Assembly: GCA_051306005.1 (NCBI GenBank)
Contig: JBPPMJ010000003.1
Coordinates: forward strand, 33,764-97,763
Source of the DNA: Minisyncoccota bacterium
GTDB lineage: Bacteria > Patescibacteriota > Minisyncoccia > Moranbacterales > UBA1568
DNA: 64,000 nucleotides
Reading direction: 5' to 3'
Part shown: piece after piece, positions 45,489 to 54,685 of the stretch
Numbering within the stretch: position 1 is the stretch's first letter
Layout: each line of letters begins with the position of its first letter
Notes under the pieces: generated by a model
What the model was told of the DNA's origin: nothing
Database searches by the model: none
What the model saw: only the letters and a program-made list of their open reading frames with translations
Position numbers and translations under genes: made by a program

Positions 45489-46997
45489 TTATTCTTTTTC
45501 AAATTCATGATCACGAAGTTCTCGTTTGATGTGAGCTTTAGCAGATGATGTTTTGATAAAATTAAGCCAATCACGGCTCGGTTTCTTCTTGTCTTTGACG
45601 GTGATGATTTCGACGACTTGAGCGTTTTGAATATGATGGTTGAGTGGTACCATCTTACCGTCTACCTTGGCACCAACGGCTCGGTTTCCGATTTCACTGT
45701 GAATGGCATAGGCAAAATCAATCGGGGTGGCGTCTTCGGGCAAATCAATGATGTCACCTTTTGGTGTGAAGGCGAAAATATGGTTTTTGAAAAATTCAAT
45801 CCGCAATCCTTCCATGAATTCTCGATTATCATTGCCGATTTCTTTCTGCCATTCCTTGAGCTGACTGACCCACATAAGTTCTTTGGGGGGCGTGGGCAGA
45901 GTCAATGCCTTTTTGGGCAAAAAGAGATTACGCCAACTGGAACGAGATTTTTCGGTATACATCCAATGGGCAGCGATGCCATATTCCGCTTCATCATGCA
46001 TTTTTTGGGTACGAATTTGGATTTCGAGAATACGTCCGTCTGGACCGAAAACGGTTGTGTGGAGAGATTGATAGCCATTGGGTTTCGGAAGAGAAATATA
46101 GTCCTTGATACGACCAACCATGGGGCGGTATTCACGGTGAATGATACCAAGTGCTTCATAGCAATCGGCAATTTCTGGAACGATGATGCGAATGGCGATG
46201 AAATCATAGATACGCGTGATATCCATTTCGTGACGCAGGAGTTTTTGATAAAGCCGATAGAGATACTTGGTCCGCCCGTTGATATCAATGACGCGTATTT
46301 TTTCCGCTTCCAAGATTTCACGAAATAATTTGACGACACGGGTCATGTATTCTTTGCCTTCATGAAGATACAGAGTCTCTATTTTCTTGGTCTCTTCGTA
46401 ATGAATGGGATCGAGATATTGAAAACAAAGATCTTCCATTTCACCTTTGATTTCTCCGATGCCCAGACGATTGGCCAGTGGAGCGTAAATATCAAAAGTT
46501 TCCTGGGCAATGCGTTCGCGTTTATCGGGGGGAAGATATTCCAACGTTCGCATATTGTGGAGGCGATCGGAGAGCTTGATAATGACGACACGAATATCCT
46601 GTGCCATGGCGAGAAACATCTTGCGCAGATTTTCCAACGAGCGTTCTTCCTTGGTGCCACGCAGTTTTATTTTTCCCAGTTTGGTGATGCCATCGACGAG
46701 GTAAGCGACCTCACCGCCAAATTGTTTCTCTATTTCTTCTAATGTAACCGCAGTGTCCTCAGGAACATCATGGAGAAGGCCGGCAACAATAGTCTTGGTA
46801 TCCATCCCGATTTCTGCCAACATCTTGGCGACATGCAGACAGTGGACGATATATGCTTCACCAGACTTTCGTTTTTGTCCTTGATGAGCTGTTTGCGCAA
46901 ACGTGTAGGCACTCAAAAGAAAGCGTTGTTCATCACCAGATATGGGGTGAAGCATAGCGCGCAAAACGTCGTCAAACGTGATTGGATCGGATGGCAT
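45489..46997 (-). CDS. rel: (p)ppGpp synthetase/hydrolase Rel/SpoT-family, C-terminally short (HD + synthetase + TGS, no ACT/RRM)
   Basis: HDVPEDT HD motif; the synthetase domain; TGS-like C-terminus ...GDIIDLPEDATPIDFAYAIHSEIG; only 502 aa. Confidence 0.85.
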   Translation of the reverse strand: MPSDPITFDDVLRAMLHPISGDEQRFLLSAYTFAQTAHQGQKRKSGEAYIVHCLHVAKMLAEIGMDTKTIVAGLLHDVPEDTAVTLEEIEKQFGGEVAYLVDGITKLGKIKLRGTKEERSLENLRKMFLAMAQDIRVVIIKLSDRLHNMRTLEYLPPDKRERIAQETFDIYAPLANRLGIGEIKGEMEDLCFQYLDPIHYEETKKIETLYLHEGKEYMTRVVKLFREILEAEKIRVIDINGRTKYLYRLYQKLLRHEMDITRIYDFIAIRIIVPEIADCYEALGIIHREYRPMVGRIKDYISLPKPNGYQSLHTTVFGPDGRILEIQIRTQKMHDEAEYGIAAHWMYTEKSRSSWRNLFLPKKALTLPTPPKELMWVSQLKEWQKEIGNDNREFMEGLRIEFFKNHIFAFTPKGDIIDLPEDATPIDFAYAIHSEIGNRAVGAKVDGKMVPLNHHIQNAQVVEIITVKDKKKPSRDWLNFIKTSSAKAHIKRELRDHEFEKE

Positions 46998-47067
46998 AGA
47001 AACGCAAAAAATGATTGTCCTGTTTCAGTATAAAGCAAAGCGGTGCTTGCGTGAAGATACGGCACGC

Positions 47068-47096
47068 TTGACAGATGCAACTCAGTTGCGTTAATC
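47068..47096 (+). promoter_or_regulatory. candidate zur promoter (TTGACA-17-TTAATC) with a perfect palindrome GCAACT-C-AGTTGC in the spacer
   Basis: TTGACA at 47068-47073; 13-bp inverted repeat at 47077-47089; immediately upstream of the Fur-family gene. Confidence 0.4.
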
Positions 47097-47118
47097 TACA
47101 ATAAATGTCAGAAGAGTT

Positions 47119-47553
47119 ATGTATATACAAGAAGAAATAGTGAATATCTGGCGTCAAAATGGAATGCGCCTGACCAAAACCCGTTTGGCAGTGGCAGATA
47201 TTTTTTCGTGGAGCACCAAACCGATATCTGTTGTGGAGATTGTCGGATTTTTGAAGAAGAAACATATTCTCGTTGACAAAACGACGGTGTATCGGGAATT
47301 GGAACGCCTGTGCGATCTCGGTATAGTGATACCGGTGCAGTTGGGTGAACGCAAACGCTATTTTGAATTGACACTACGCGATCATCATCATCACTTGGTA
47401 TGTCGTCAATGTGAACACGTAGAAGACGTGGTAGTCGATGAGCGGGATTGGTGTCGCCGTGAACAGGAAGTGGGGCATGCGAAAGGATTTGTCCAAGTAC
47501 GACATTCATTGGAGTTTTTCGGGCTCTGCATCGGATGCCAGGCGAAGTGTTAA
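47119..47553 (+). CDS. zur: Fur-family metalloregulator, probably Zur
   Basis: 144 aa; HHHHLVCRQCEHV and C-terminal CIGCQAKC metal sites; first gene of a ZnuABC-type operon. Confidence 0.8.
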   Translation: MYIQEEIVNIWRQNGMRLTKTRLAVADIFSWSTKPISVVEIVGFLKKKHILVDKTTVYRELERLCDLGIVIPVQLGERKRYFELTLRDHHHHLVCRQCEHVEDVVVDERDWCRREQEVGHAKGFVQVRHSLEFFGLCIGCQAKC

Positions 47554-47574
47554 TCAGTATGGCAATGTTTCTCT

Positions 47575-48513
47575 ATGTGGCACATGCTTCAAAAGAAAAA
47601 AAATATCATCGGAATATTCAGCATCATTGTAGGAATATGTGGAAGTGCGGGATGGTGGCTGATCGTTCAGCGTGAAAAGCATACAGAGGTCTCTGCCGAA
47701 ACACTGACTGTCGTCACAACGTTGTATCCGTTGACCTATATGGCGCAAAACGTCGGGGGTACAGAAGTAACTGTTCGGAGTGTGGTACCGGCTGGCACGG
47801 AACCGCATGAATATGAGCCGACGGCGCGTGACGTTGTGTCTATGTATCAGGCAGATATTTTTGTGTTGAATGGGGGTGGTATAGATGCGTGGGCGGAAAA
47901 ACTTCGTTTGGAGCTGGAACAACGGGGAGTAACCGTGATTCAAATGTCGGATTTCATCAATATGCAAGTTGATGCGTCTTTCGGGACTCCTGATCCGCAT
48001 TTTTGGCTGGACCCTACATTGATGCGCAATGCTGTATCGATCATAGGGACTGCGTTTATAAACCGCGATCCTTTGCGGGCGGACAAGTATACAGAAAATA
48101 TGATGCGTCTTGACACACAACTGAGCGCATTGGATGAGACATATCAGGCAGGATTACAGAGATGCGCTTTACGGACTTTCGTAACGTCACATGACGCATT
48201 TCGTTTTTTGGCACGACGCTATCATTTGGAAGCATTGTCAGTCAATGGAATGTCTCCGGATGCTGAAGCTTCACAGCGTACTTTGGCGGATTTGACGGTT
48301 ATTGTTCGAGAACGTTCCATACCTGTGGTGTTCTTTGAAACGCTCGCCAGCCCCAAAGTTGCTGAAACGTTGGCACGGGAAGCAAATGTGATGACAGCGG
48401 TCTTGAATCCTATTGAAGGTTTGACTGAGGCAGAACGCACGGCTGGACAGGATTATAGCACCCTGATGCACAATAATCTTTTATCTTTACAATCAGCACT
48501 GCGATGTCAATAA
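47575..48513 (+). CDS. znuA: metal ABC transporter substrate-binding protein (TroA/ZnuA family)
   Basis: N-terminal TM anchor; cluster-9 SBP fold by sequence; operon context. Confidence 0.75.
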   Translation: MWHMLQKKKNIIGIFSIIVGICGSAGWWLIVQREKHTEVSAETLTVVTTLYPLTYMAQNVGGTEVTVRSVVPAGTEPHEYEPTARDVVSMYQADIFVLNGGGIDAWAEKLRLELEQRGVTVIQMSDFINMQVDASFGTPDPHFWLDPTLMRNAVSIIGTAFINRDPLRADKYTENMMRLDTQLSALDETYQAGLQRCALRTFVTSHDAFRFLARRYHLEALSVNGMSPDAEASQRTLADLTVIVRERSIPVVFFETLASPKVAETLAREANVMTAVLNPIEGLTEAERTAGQDYSTLMHNNLLSLQSALRCQ

Positions 48514-49259
48514 TCACTCCCTCCATTATCGATGTGCAACACCTCTCTTTCCACTATGGAACGACGGAGGTATTGCAAGATGTTTCTTTTGTCGTTTCTC
48601 CTGGAGATTATGTGGGTCTTGTGGGAGGAAATGGCAGTGGTAAAACGACGCTTCTGCGTATGATATTAGGATTAATCCGAAACGAAGATGGTGCAGTGAA
48701 AATTTTTGACACCCCCGTGGAGGATTTTCAGGAGTGGTCACGGGTAGGATATGTGCCACAAAATGTTTTTCGGGGAGATTTGTCCTTTCCGGCTACGGTG
48801 GAAGAAATCGTTGCGAGCGGGTATCATGGCGGGCAGGGGATATTTCGTGGCTTGCGTCGTCAGGCACGAGATGAAACACGAGAAGCGTTGATTCGTTTGG
48901 ATGCCGTGCACCTTTTGAAGAAACGTGTTGGAGAATTGTCTGGTGGTGAGCGTCAGCGCGTTTTTATCGCACGTTCTCTTGTAGCGCATCCACAACTCTT
49001 GATACTAGATGAGCCCACTTCAGGTATTGATACGGCGACTGAAGAACGTTTGTATGCGCTGTTGGGCGCACTCAATCATGAAGGCGTAACTATCGTGTTG
49101 GTTTCACATGATTTGGAGGCAATTGCTCGTGAAGTGAAAACCGTTCTCTGTCTCAATCGTAAGTTGGTATGCGCGGGAAATCCGACACATTTGCAGTCTG
49201 CCGAGGTACTACAGGCAATGTATGGGAATAAAAAACAGATAGTGCATCATGGACACTGA
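48504..49259 (+). CDS. znuC: metal ABC transporter ATP-binding protein
   Basis: Walker A GGNGSGKTT; signature LSGGERQR; Walker B LILDEPTSG. Confidence 0.8.
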   Translation: MSIITPSIIDVQHLSFHYGTTEVLQDVSFVVSPGDYVGLVGGNGSGKTTLLRMILGLIRNEDGAVKIFDTPVEDFQEWSRVGYVPQNVFRGDLSFPATVEEIVASGYHGGQGIFRGLRRQARDETREALIRLDAVHLLKKRVGELSGGERQRVFIARSLVAHPQLLILDEPTSGIDTATEERLYALLGALNHEGVTIVLVSHDLEAIAREVKTVLCLNRKLVCAGNPTHLQSAEVLQAMYGNKKQIVHHGH

Positions 49260-49313
49260 AAAGAAGATCGATAAATATATATGTGCAGTGAATATTTTGT
49301 ATAAAAAATAAGT

Positions 49314-50123
49314 ATGTATTTTATTGATTTGTTCCAATATGATTTCCTCATGCGTGCCTTTTTGGCGGGGATGGTTCTGGCAATCATTGCTCCGCTTATT
49401 GGGATGTTTCTTGTTGTACGTGGGTATTCTTTATTGGCGGACGCCTTGTCACATATGTCGTTACTCGGAGTAGCGCTAGCACTCTTTTTCAAGGTACCAG
49501 TACTGGTTGGCGCACTGATCTTTTCACTGTTGACCGCCTTGGGAATGGATCGGTTACGTACCAAAGGACAGATGCTTGGAGAGGCGGTCATTGCACTGTT
49601 TTTGTCAAGTAGTTTGGCGTTATCAGTGGTATTAATCAGTGCCGTCAAGGGGCTGAATGTCAATCTATTGAGCTATCTTTTTGGCAGTTTGACCACGATT
49701 ACAACACTGGAAGTATGGCTGTTAATTGGTTTGGCGGTTGGCATTATTTGGTTCCTTATTTTTTTCTATCGAGAATTATTTTTGTTTGCGTTGGATGAAG
49801 ATATGGCTCGAGTGAGCGGTGTTTCAGTATGGAGACTGAGTGCGATGTTTATGCTCATGACCGCTCTTACGGTGACGCTGGCTTTGCAAATGGTGGGTGC
49901 TCTCCTGATTGGTGCCCTTCTTGTCGTGCCAGTCCTGACCGCGATGCAGTGGCGTCAGGGTTTCCGTATGACACTCATACTGGCAATCTGCTTCTCTTTA
50001 TTGTCTGTTTTTACCGGTTTTTGGCTGGCATATTTTTTTGATTTGGCGAGTGGAGGAATGATCGTATTGTTGTCCACGAGTTTTTTTGGCCTTTCTTATA
50101 TATTCTCGCATGTGCGGAATTGA
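49314..50123 (+). CDS. znuB: metal ABC transporter permease (ABC-3 family)
   Basis: 269-aa polytopic protein typical of ZnuB/MntB. Confidence 0.8.
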   Translation: MYFIDLFQYDFLMRAFLAGMVLAIIAPLIGMFLVVRGYSLLADALSHMSLLGVALALFFKVPVLVGALIFSLLTALGMDRLRTKGQMLGEAVIALFLSSSLALSVVLISAVKGLNVNLLSYLFGSLTTITTLEVWLLIGLAVGIIWFLIFFYRELFLFALDEDMARVSGVSVWRLSAMFMLMTALTVTLALQMVGALLIGALLVVPVLTAMQWRQGFRMTLILAICFSLLSVFTGFWLAYFFDLASGGMIVLLSTSFFGLSYIFSHVRN

Positions 50124-50343
50124 GAGAATGTTCGTGGAGATATATTTTTCAAGCACAATAACTCGGTCCCTTGACACCCCCAAAAAACCGACGTGGAACA
50201 AAGGAGTCGTTGTCAAAATGAATGGATCGGTATTGGTATTCTCTACCGGAGAATCAAAATGTCTCAAATGGGGTGCTGGTGCCAGTGTTGGCAACAATTG
50301 GAAAACGTGCGGTCCGGTGAATTGGTAGGAGGTGCAGGATATT

Positions 50344-52503
50344 TTATTGGTTCATTTTGTCTGGACGATGATTGGGGCACTCTTTTTTGGAACAGCGGTC
50401 GGGGATGGTTTTGGTTCCTGCCATCATAAGAGAACCACAGAGGGGACAGAGGGAGCCGGTCGGTTTGGCCTTGATAGCATTTTTGCAATCGGGATAGTTG
50501 CTACAACTATAAAATATCCCAAAACGTCCACGTCGTTCAGTCATTTTGCCTTTGTGACAGACGGGACAATCAACATTCGTTGAAGGTTCTGCGTGTTCAT
50601 CTTTTTTGATGAATTTGCATTTGGGAAAGTTGGAACATGCCACAAAGGTGCCAAACTTGCCTTCGCGGGTAATGAGCCTGCCGTTTTTGCATTGCGGACA
50701 GGCCTCGCCTGTTTCTTGAGGTGGCGCTATTTCTTTACCTTCGGAAGTGAGGGCGCCATCGCATTCAGGAAAACGTGAACAGCTGAAAAATTTTCCTGAG
50801 CGCGATAGTTTGATGATCATAGTGGCACCGCACTTGGGACAGAGGGTGCCTACTGGAGCTTCGCCCATGTTCGTGACTTTGTCGATTTTTTCTTTGTTTT
50901 TGACAGCCTGAGCAAAAGGGGTGTAGAAATCTGTGAGTGTTTTGACGTAGTCTCGTTCACCATGAGCGATGTCATCAAGTTTATTTTCCATATCAGCGGT
51001 AAAAGTTTCGGAAACGATATTAGCGAAATGAGCAAAGAGAAAATCATCCACGACGATGCCGGTATCAGTGACAGACAGTGCCTTTCCTTCTTTCCGAACA
51101 TATCCTCGATCCTGAATAGTCTTGATAATAGAGGCATAGGTACTCGGACGTCCGATACCGCGTTTTTCAAGTTCTTTGACGAGTCCGGCTTCGGTGTAGC
51201 GTTTCGGCGGTTCGGTTTGTTTTTCTTCGGACGTGATGGCAGTAATCGTGAGAGGATCGGAAGCAGTGAGATGAGGAACCTCTACATCATCTCCGCGTGC
51301 CTGAGTATCGAGTGCGAGCCATCCATCAAAGAGGAGACGTGAACCATTGAGTACAAAATCTGGCAGAGAGCGTGAGAGCGTATTGGCGATAATCTTGGTG
51401 CGTAAGATCCTCGCATCGCTCATTTGGGAAGCCAAGGTTCGGACGCGGATAAGAGTATACAATTTTTTCTCATCTTCGGTGATGCCGGCAGAAACTTTGG
51501 CACTATCCGTTGGACGAATAGCTTCATGTGCTTCTTGGGCGTTTTTGCTTTTTGTTTTGTAGTGACGCACTGTGAGATGTGATTCACCAAAGGTTTTCTG
51601 GATGACGGCAATGATAGCAGGCAAAGCATTTTCGGAAAGTGATATGCTGTCCGTCCGCATATACGTGATGTGTCCTTGTTCGTAGAGTTTCTGAGCCGCT
51701 CGCATCGTTCGTGAGGGAGACATGCCAAGACGAGAGCTGGCGGTTTGCTGGAGAGTGGAAGTGGTAAAAGGCGCATAGGGACGACGCACGGCTTCGGTTT
51801 CATTGATTGAAACGATAGACCAAGGTTCCTGACGGGCCCGCGTAAGAATATCCTCTGCCATTTGTTTATCTTTTGGCTGTTCACTGCAGAGTAGAGTCAA
51901 GGTTGTTTGTTCTGCGGTATGACACTTTGCACTAATAGTATAGTAGGTTACTGGTATAAAATTTGCTATTTCTTTTTCGCGGAGAGCAAGGATATGCAAA
52001 GCGGGAGACTGGACACGTCCGGCAGACAGACCGTAGCGCACTTTCTTCCAGACGAGGCTGGATAAATCATAGCCGACAAGACGGTCCAAAACTCGTCGAG
52101 CTTCTTGAGCTTTGCGGAGATTGGTATCGAGCTGGCGTGGGTGATTGACTGCTTCTCTGACCGCTTTTTCGGTAATTTCATAAAATAACACGCGTTGCGG
52201 TTTTTTGATAGCGCAAATATCTGCTACGTGCCAGGCGATAGCTTCTCCTTCACGATCTGGGTCGGTAGCGAGAAAGATAGTGTCACTTTTCTTGACGAGT
52301 GTTTTGAGCTCTTTGACGATGGTTTCTTTACCAGGGGAGACGATATAGTGCGGTACAAAACCGCCAGCTATGTCGATAGCATCTTTGTTGGATTTGGGAA
52401 GATCACGAATATGTCCTACGGAAGCGATAACTTTGTACTCATTATTGAGATACTTTTCAATCGTTTTGGCTTTGGAAGGAGATTCAACAATGAGAAGCTT
52501 CAT
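50344..52503 (-). CDS. topA: DNA topoisomerase I
   Basis: MKLLIVESPSKAKTIEKYL TOPRIM N-terminus; three C-terminal C4 zinc ribbons. Confidence 0.95.
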   Translation of the reverse strand: MKLLIVESPSKAKTIEKYLNNEYKVIASVGHIRDLPKSNKDAIDIAGGFVPHYIVSPGKETIVKELKTLVKKSDTIFLATDPDREGEAIAWHVADICAIKKPQRVLFYEITEKAVREAVNHPRQLDTNLRKAQEARRVLDRLVGYDLSSLVWKKVRYGLSAGRVQSPALHILALREKEIANFIPVTYYTISAKCHTAEQTTLTLLCSEQPKDKQMAEDILTRARQEPWSIVSINETEAVRRPYAPFTTSTLQQTASSRLGMSPSRTMRAAQKLYEQGHITYMRTDSISLSENALPAIIAVIQKTFGESHLTVRHYKTKSKNAQEAHEAIRPTDSAKVSAGITEDEKKLYTLIRVRTLASQMSDARILRTKIIANTLSRSLPDFVLNGSRLLFDGWLALDTQARGDDVEVPHLTASDPLTITAITSEEKQTEPPKRYTEAGLVKELEKRGIGRPSTYASIIKTIQDRGYVRKEGKALSVTDTGIVVDDFLFAHFANIVSETFTADMENKLDDIAHGERDYVKTLTDFYTPFAQAVKNKEKIDKVTNMGEAPVGTLCPKCGATMIIKLSRSGKFFSCSRFPECDGALTSEGKEIAPPQETGEACPQCKNGRLITREGKFGTFVACSNFPKCKFIKKDEHAEPSTNVDCPVCHKGKMTERRGRFGIFYSCSNYPDCKNAIKAKPTGSLCPLCGSLMMAGTKTIPDRCSKKECPNHRPDKMNQ

Positions 52504-53618
52504 AGGGCGGTCGTTGTTTTTATATAATGCATACCGCCGATATCTTTTGCACAGCCTTTAATCTCAAGCAGTGAGAGTGCCACAGTCACAGACGATGTCT
52601 CTAGTCTAACGGCTTTGATAATCTTGTCAACGTGGATGGGTTCATGCGAGAGGTTTTGGAGGATCTGTTGTTCAATGTCGGAAAGTCCGGGAATAGTATG
52701 AGAAAGAGGAGGTGCCGATGAGTTGGTAGTGAGCAGAGATCGCGTCAAGGGTAATTCTTCGAGGATGTCTTGAACGGAGGTGACGATTTTGGCACCGGAC
52801 CTGATGAGGGCATGCGTACCGATAGAGGTAGGGGAAAAGATAGATCCAGGCACTGCAAAAACTTCGCGATTGTAATCGAGGGCGAGACGCGCGGTGATGA
52901 GTGTGCCACTTTGTTCTGTTGCCTCAATCACGAGCGTCCCTAGACACATGCCAGCCATGATGCGGTTGCGTGCTGGAAATGTGCCTTCATTGGGTTGGGT
53001 ACCGGGGCGATACTCTGACAATATCGCGCCAGTTTGCATGATATGATTCGCCAATTTCATATGAGAACGAGGGGCGATGGAAGTGTCATTGACACCACCA
53101 GCCAGAACGGCCAGTGTATATCCACCAGTATCAAGAGCGGTTTGGTGCGCAATAGCATCAATGCCGAAAGCGAGGCCGGAAACAATCACGAATCCCGCTC
53201 GCACGAGGTCTGCAACCAGGCGTTCTGTGACTTGTTTACCGTATGGAGTGAAACGACGTGAACCAACAATCGCCAGAGTCGGATGTTCATTCCATCGATA
53301 GTGTCCACGTGCATACAGAAGGATGGGTGCATCAGGCGTTTCTGCTAAGAGGGCTGGGTAGCGAGGGTCGGTAACGGGAAGTATGTCGATGCCTTGTGCA
53401 CAGACACGTTCCCATTCTTGGACAGGATTGAGAGCACGCCTTCCTGTCATCAATGCAGAGACTGTCTTGGGACCGAGACCCTTGATAGAGAGGAGCGTTT
53501 TTTCGTCAGCGGACCAAACCGCTTCTATGCTTCCGCATTGTCGAATGAGCTCATGCAAAGTCTTGGTGCCGATACCGGGAATCAGGGTGCAGGCATGGAG
53601 GAGGATAGTTGTATCCAT
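52500..53618 (-). CDS. dprA: DNA-processing protein DprA (Smf)
   Basis: Rossmann-like core GIDAIAHQTALDTGGYTLAVLAGG; 4-nt overlap with topA; start probably MDTTILL at 53618. Confidence 0.85.
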   Translation of the reverse strand: MDTTILLHACTLIPGIGTKTLHELIRQCGSIEAVWSADEKTLLSIKGLGPKTVSALMTGRRALNPVQEWERVCAQGIDILPVTDPRYPALLAETPDAPILLYARGHYRWNEHPTLAIVGSRRFTPYGKQVTERLVADLVRAGFVIVSGLAFGIDAIAHQTALDTGGYTLAVLAGGVNDTSIAPRSHMKLANHIMQTGAILSEYRPGTQPNEGTFPARNRIMAGMCLGTLVIEATEQSGTLITARLALDYNREVFAVPGSIFSPTSIGTHALIRSGAKIVTSVQDILEELPLTRSLLTTNSSAPPLSHTIPGLSDIEQQILQNLSHEPIHVDKIIKAVRLETSSVTVALSLLEIKGCAKDIGGMHYIKTTTAL

Positions 53619-53769
53619 AGGAAAGAAAAAAGAAAGTACTGTTATTGTACTGGTTCCTGACGGTATGAGCAACTGATTACACAGCATCTTTTTCATTTCA
53701 TGGTATTGATGAGGCAATAATTTCGGTAAACACCACTTAGGCATTTTTCTTCACCCATGTTTCAACATA

Positions 53770-53798
53770 TTGACAAGATAATGGTTCCGCGCTATACT
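53770..53798 (+). promoter_or_regulatory. sigma70-like promoter of cspA (TTGACA-17-TATACT) with a roughly 65-nt 5' UTR
   Basis: Consensus hexamers at 53770-53775 and 53793-53798. Confidence 0.5.
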
Positions 53799-53868
53799 AT
53801 AAAGGTGTATAGACACAGGGAAACGGAGTCGAGTTTTCGCAGTATATAAGCAACCATAGAGAATCAAT

Positions 53869-54066
53869 ATGCAAGGAACTATCAAAACCCTTACAGATCG
53901 AGGATTCGGATTCATCTCTCGCGAAGGCGAAGAGAAGGATCTTTTCTTCCATGCTAAGGAATTGGTCGGTGTGACTTTTGATGAACTGAAGGTCGGCGAT
54001 GCCGTTACTTTTGAAGTTGTCAACGGTGACAAAGGCCCTTCAGCTGTCAGTGTTTCACGCACCTAA
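53869..54066 (+). CDS. cspA: cold-shock protein (CSD)
   Basis: 65 aa; RNP motifs GFGFI and FFH. Confidence 0.9.
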   Translation: MQGTIKTLTDRGFGFISREGEEKDLFFHAKELVGVTFDELKVGDAVTFEVVNGDKGPSAVSVSRT

Positions 54067-54095
54067 GCTCTCGCGTACTTTGTACGTGTGGACCA

Positions 54096-54122
54096 AACAC
54101 CTCTTTACAGAGGTGTTTTTGG
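54096..54122 (+). terminator. intrinsic terminator downstream of cspA
   Basis: ACACCTCT-TTAC-AGAGGTGT followed by TTTTTGGTTTGG. Confidence 0.6.
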
Positions 54123-54161
54123 TTTGGTTAAAAGGAAGAAAGCGTGTATACTATAAGTAGT

Positions 54162-54572
54162 ATGAAACAAATACGTACAATTATCAGTGGCGGTTTGATC
54201 GGAACGCTGGTATCGCTAGTGGGGGGATTGTGTATGGATGTTATGCCAACACAGGCGATGGAGATGTCTTCGGTTGTCAGTGAGGATATGTTGACGATGC
54301 ATCAGACGGTCATCGTCAAAGAATATGCAGACAACATTACCCATCCCATGCCGATGAGTGCTCTGCACATCTGTGTGGTGGATTGTGTGGGCAATGTGAC
54401 GAAAACGAATAGCGTCAAAAAATTCAGCCTCAGTGTTAATGGTGATTGGCACGGGAATATCACCGATCAATCGTTTGTCTTGGTACATGATGCGGTGTCT
54501 GAAGTACCTCTATCAAGCGATATCGCTCCACCGATACCCGATATACTTTTTTCGGTATTCAAAAAAGAATAG
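54162..54572 (+). CDS. secreted or membrane-anchored Met/His-rich small protein (candidate periplasmic copper-binding protein)
   Basis: N-terminal hydrophobic segment; MPTQAMEMSS...HPMPMSALH motifs; first gene of the copper cluster; the track start at 54144 is GTG. Confidence 0.45.
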   Translation: MKQIRTIISGGLIGTLVSLVGGLCMDVMPTQAMEMSSVVSEDMLTMHQTVIVKEYADNITHPMPMSALHICVVDCVGNVTKTNSVKKFSLSVNGDWHGNITDQSFVLVHDAVSEVPLSSDIAPPIPDILFSVFKKE

Positions 54573-54685
54573 ATTTTTTTGAGGTGTCTACGGAAATATT
54601 TTTGTGCGTTTTTCCCCCTGACACTTAACAGCCATTTCTTTTTGGAGGAATGGTTTTTGCTTCTTAAATATATAACAATATACTT

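Noticed and set aside
45618-46328. 236-aa plus-strand ORF
   Set aside because: It is antisense to the well-supported rel gene and has no recognisable motifs.
50962-51342. Several 60-150 aa ORFs on both strands inside 50344-52503
   Set aside because: All fall inside topA, whose 719-aa frame is unambiguous.
52500-53744. topA-dprA adjacency as a possible novel operon
   Set aside because: The dprA-topA gene pair is a widely conserved bacterial synteny, so it is not novel.
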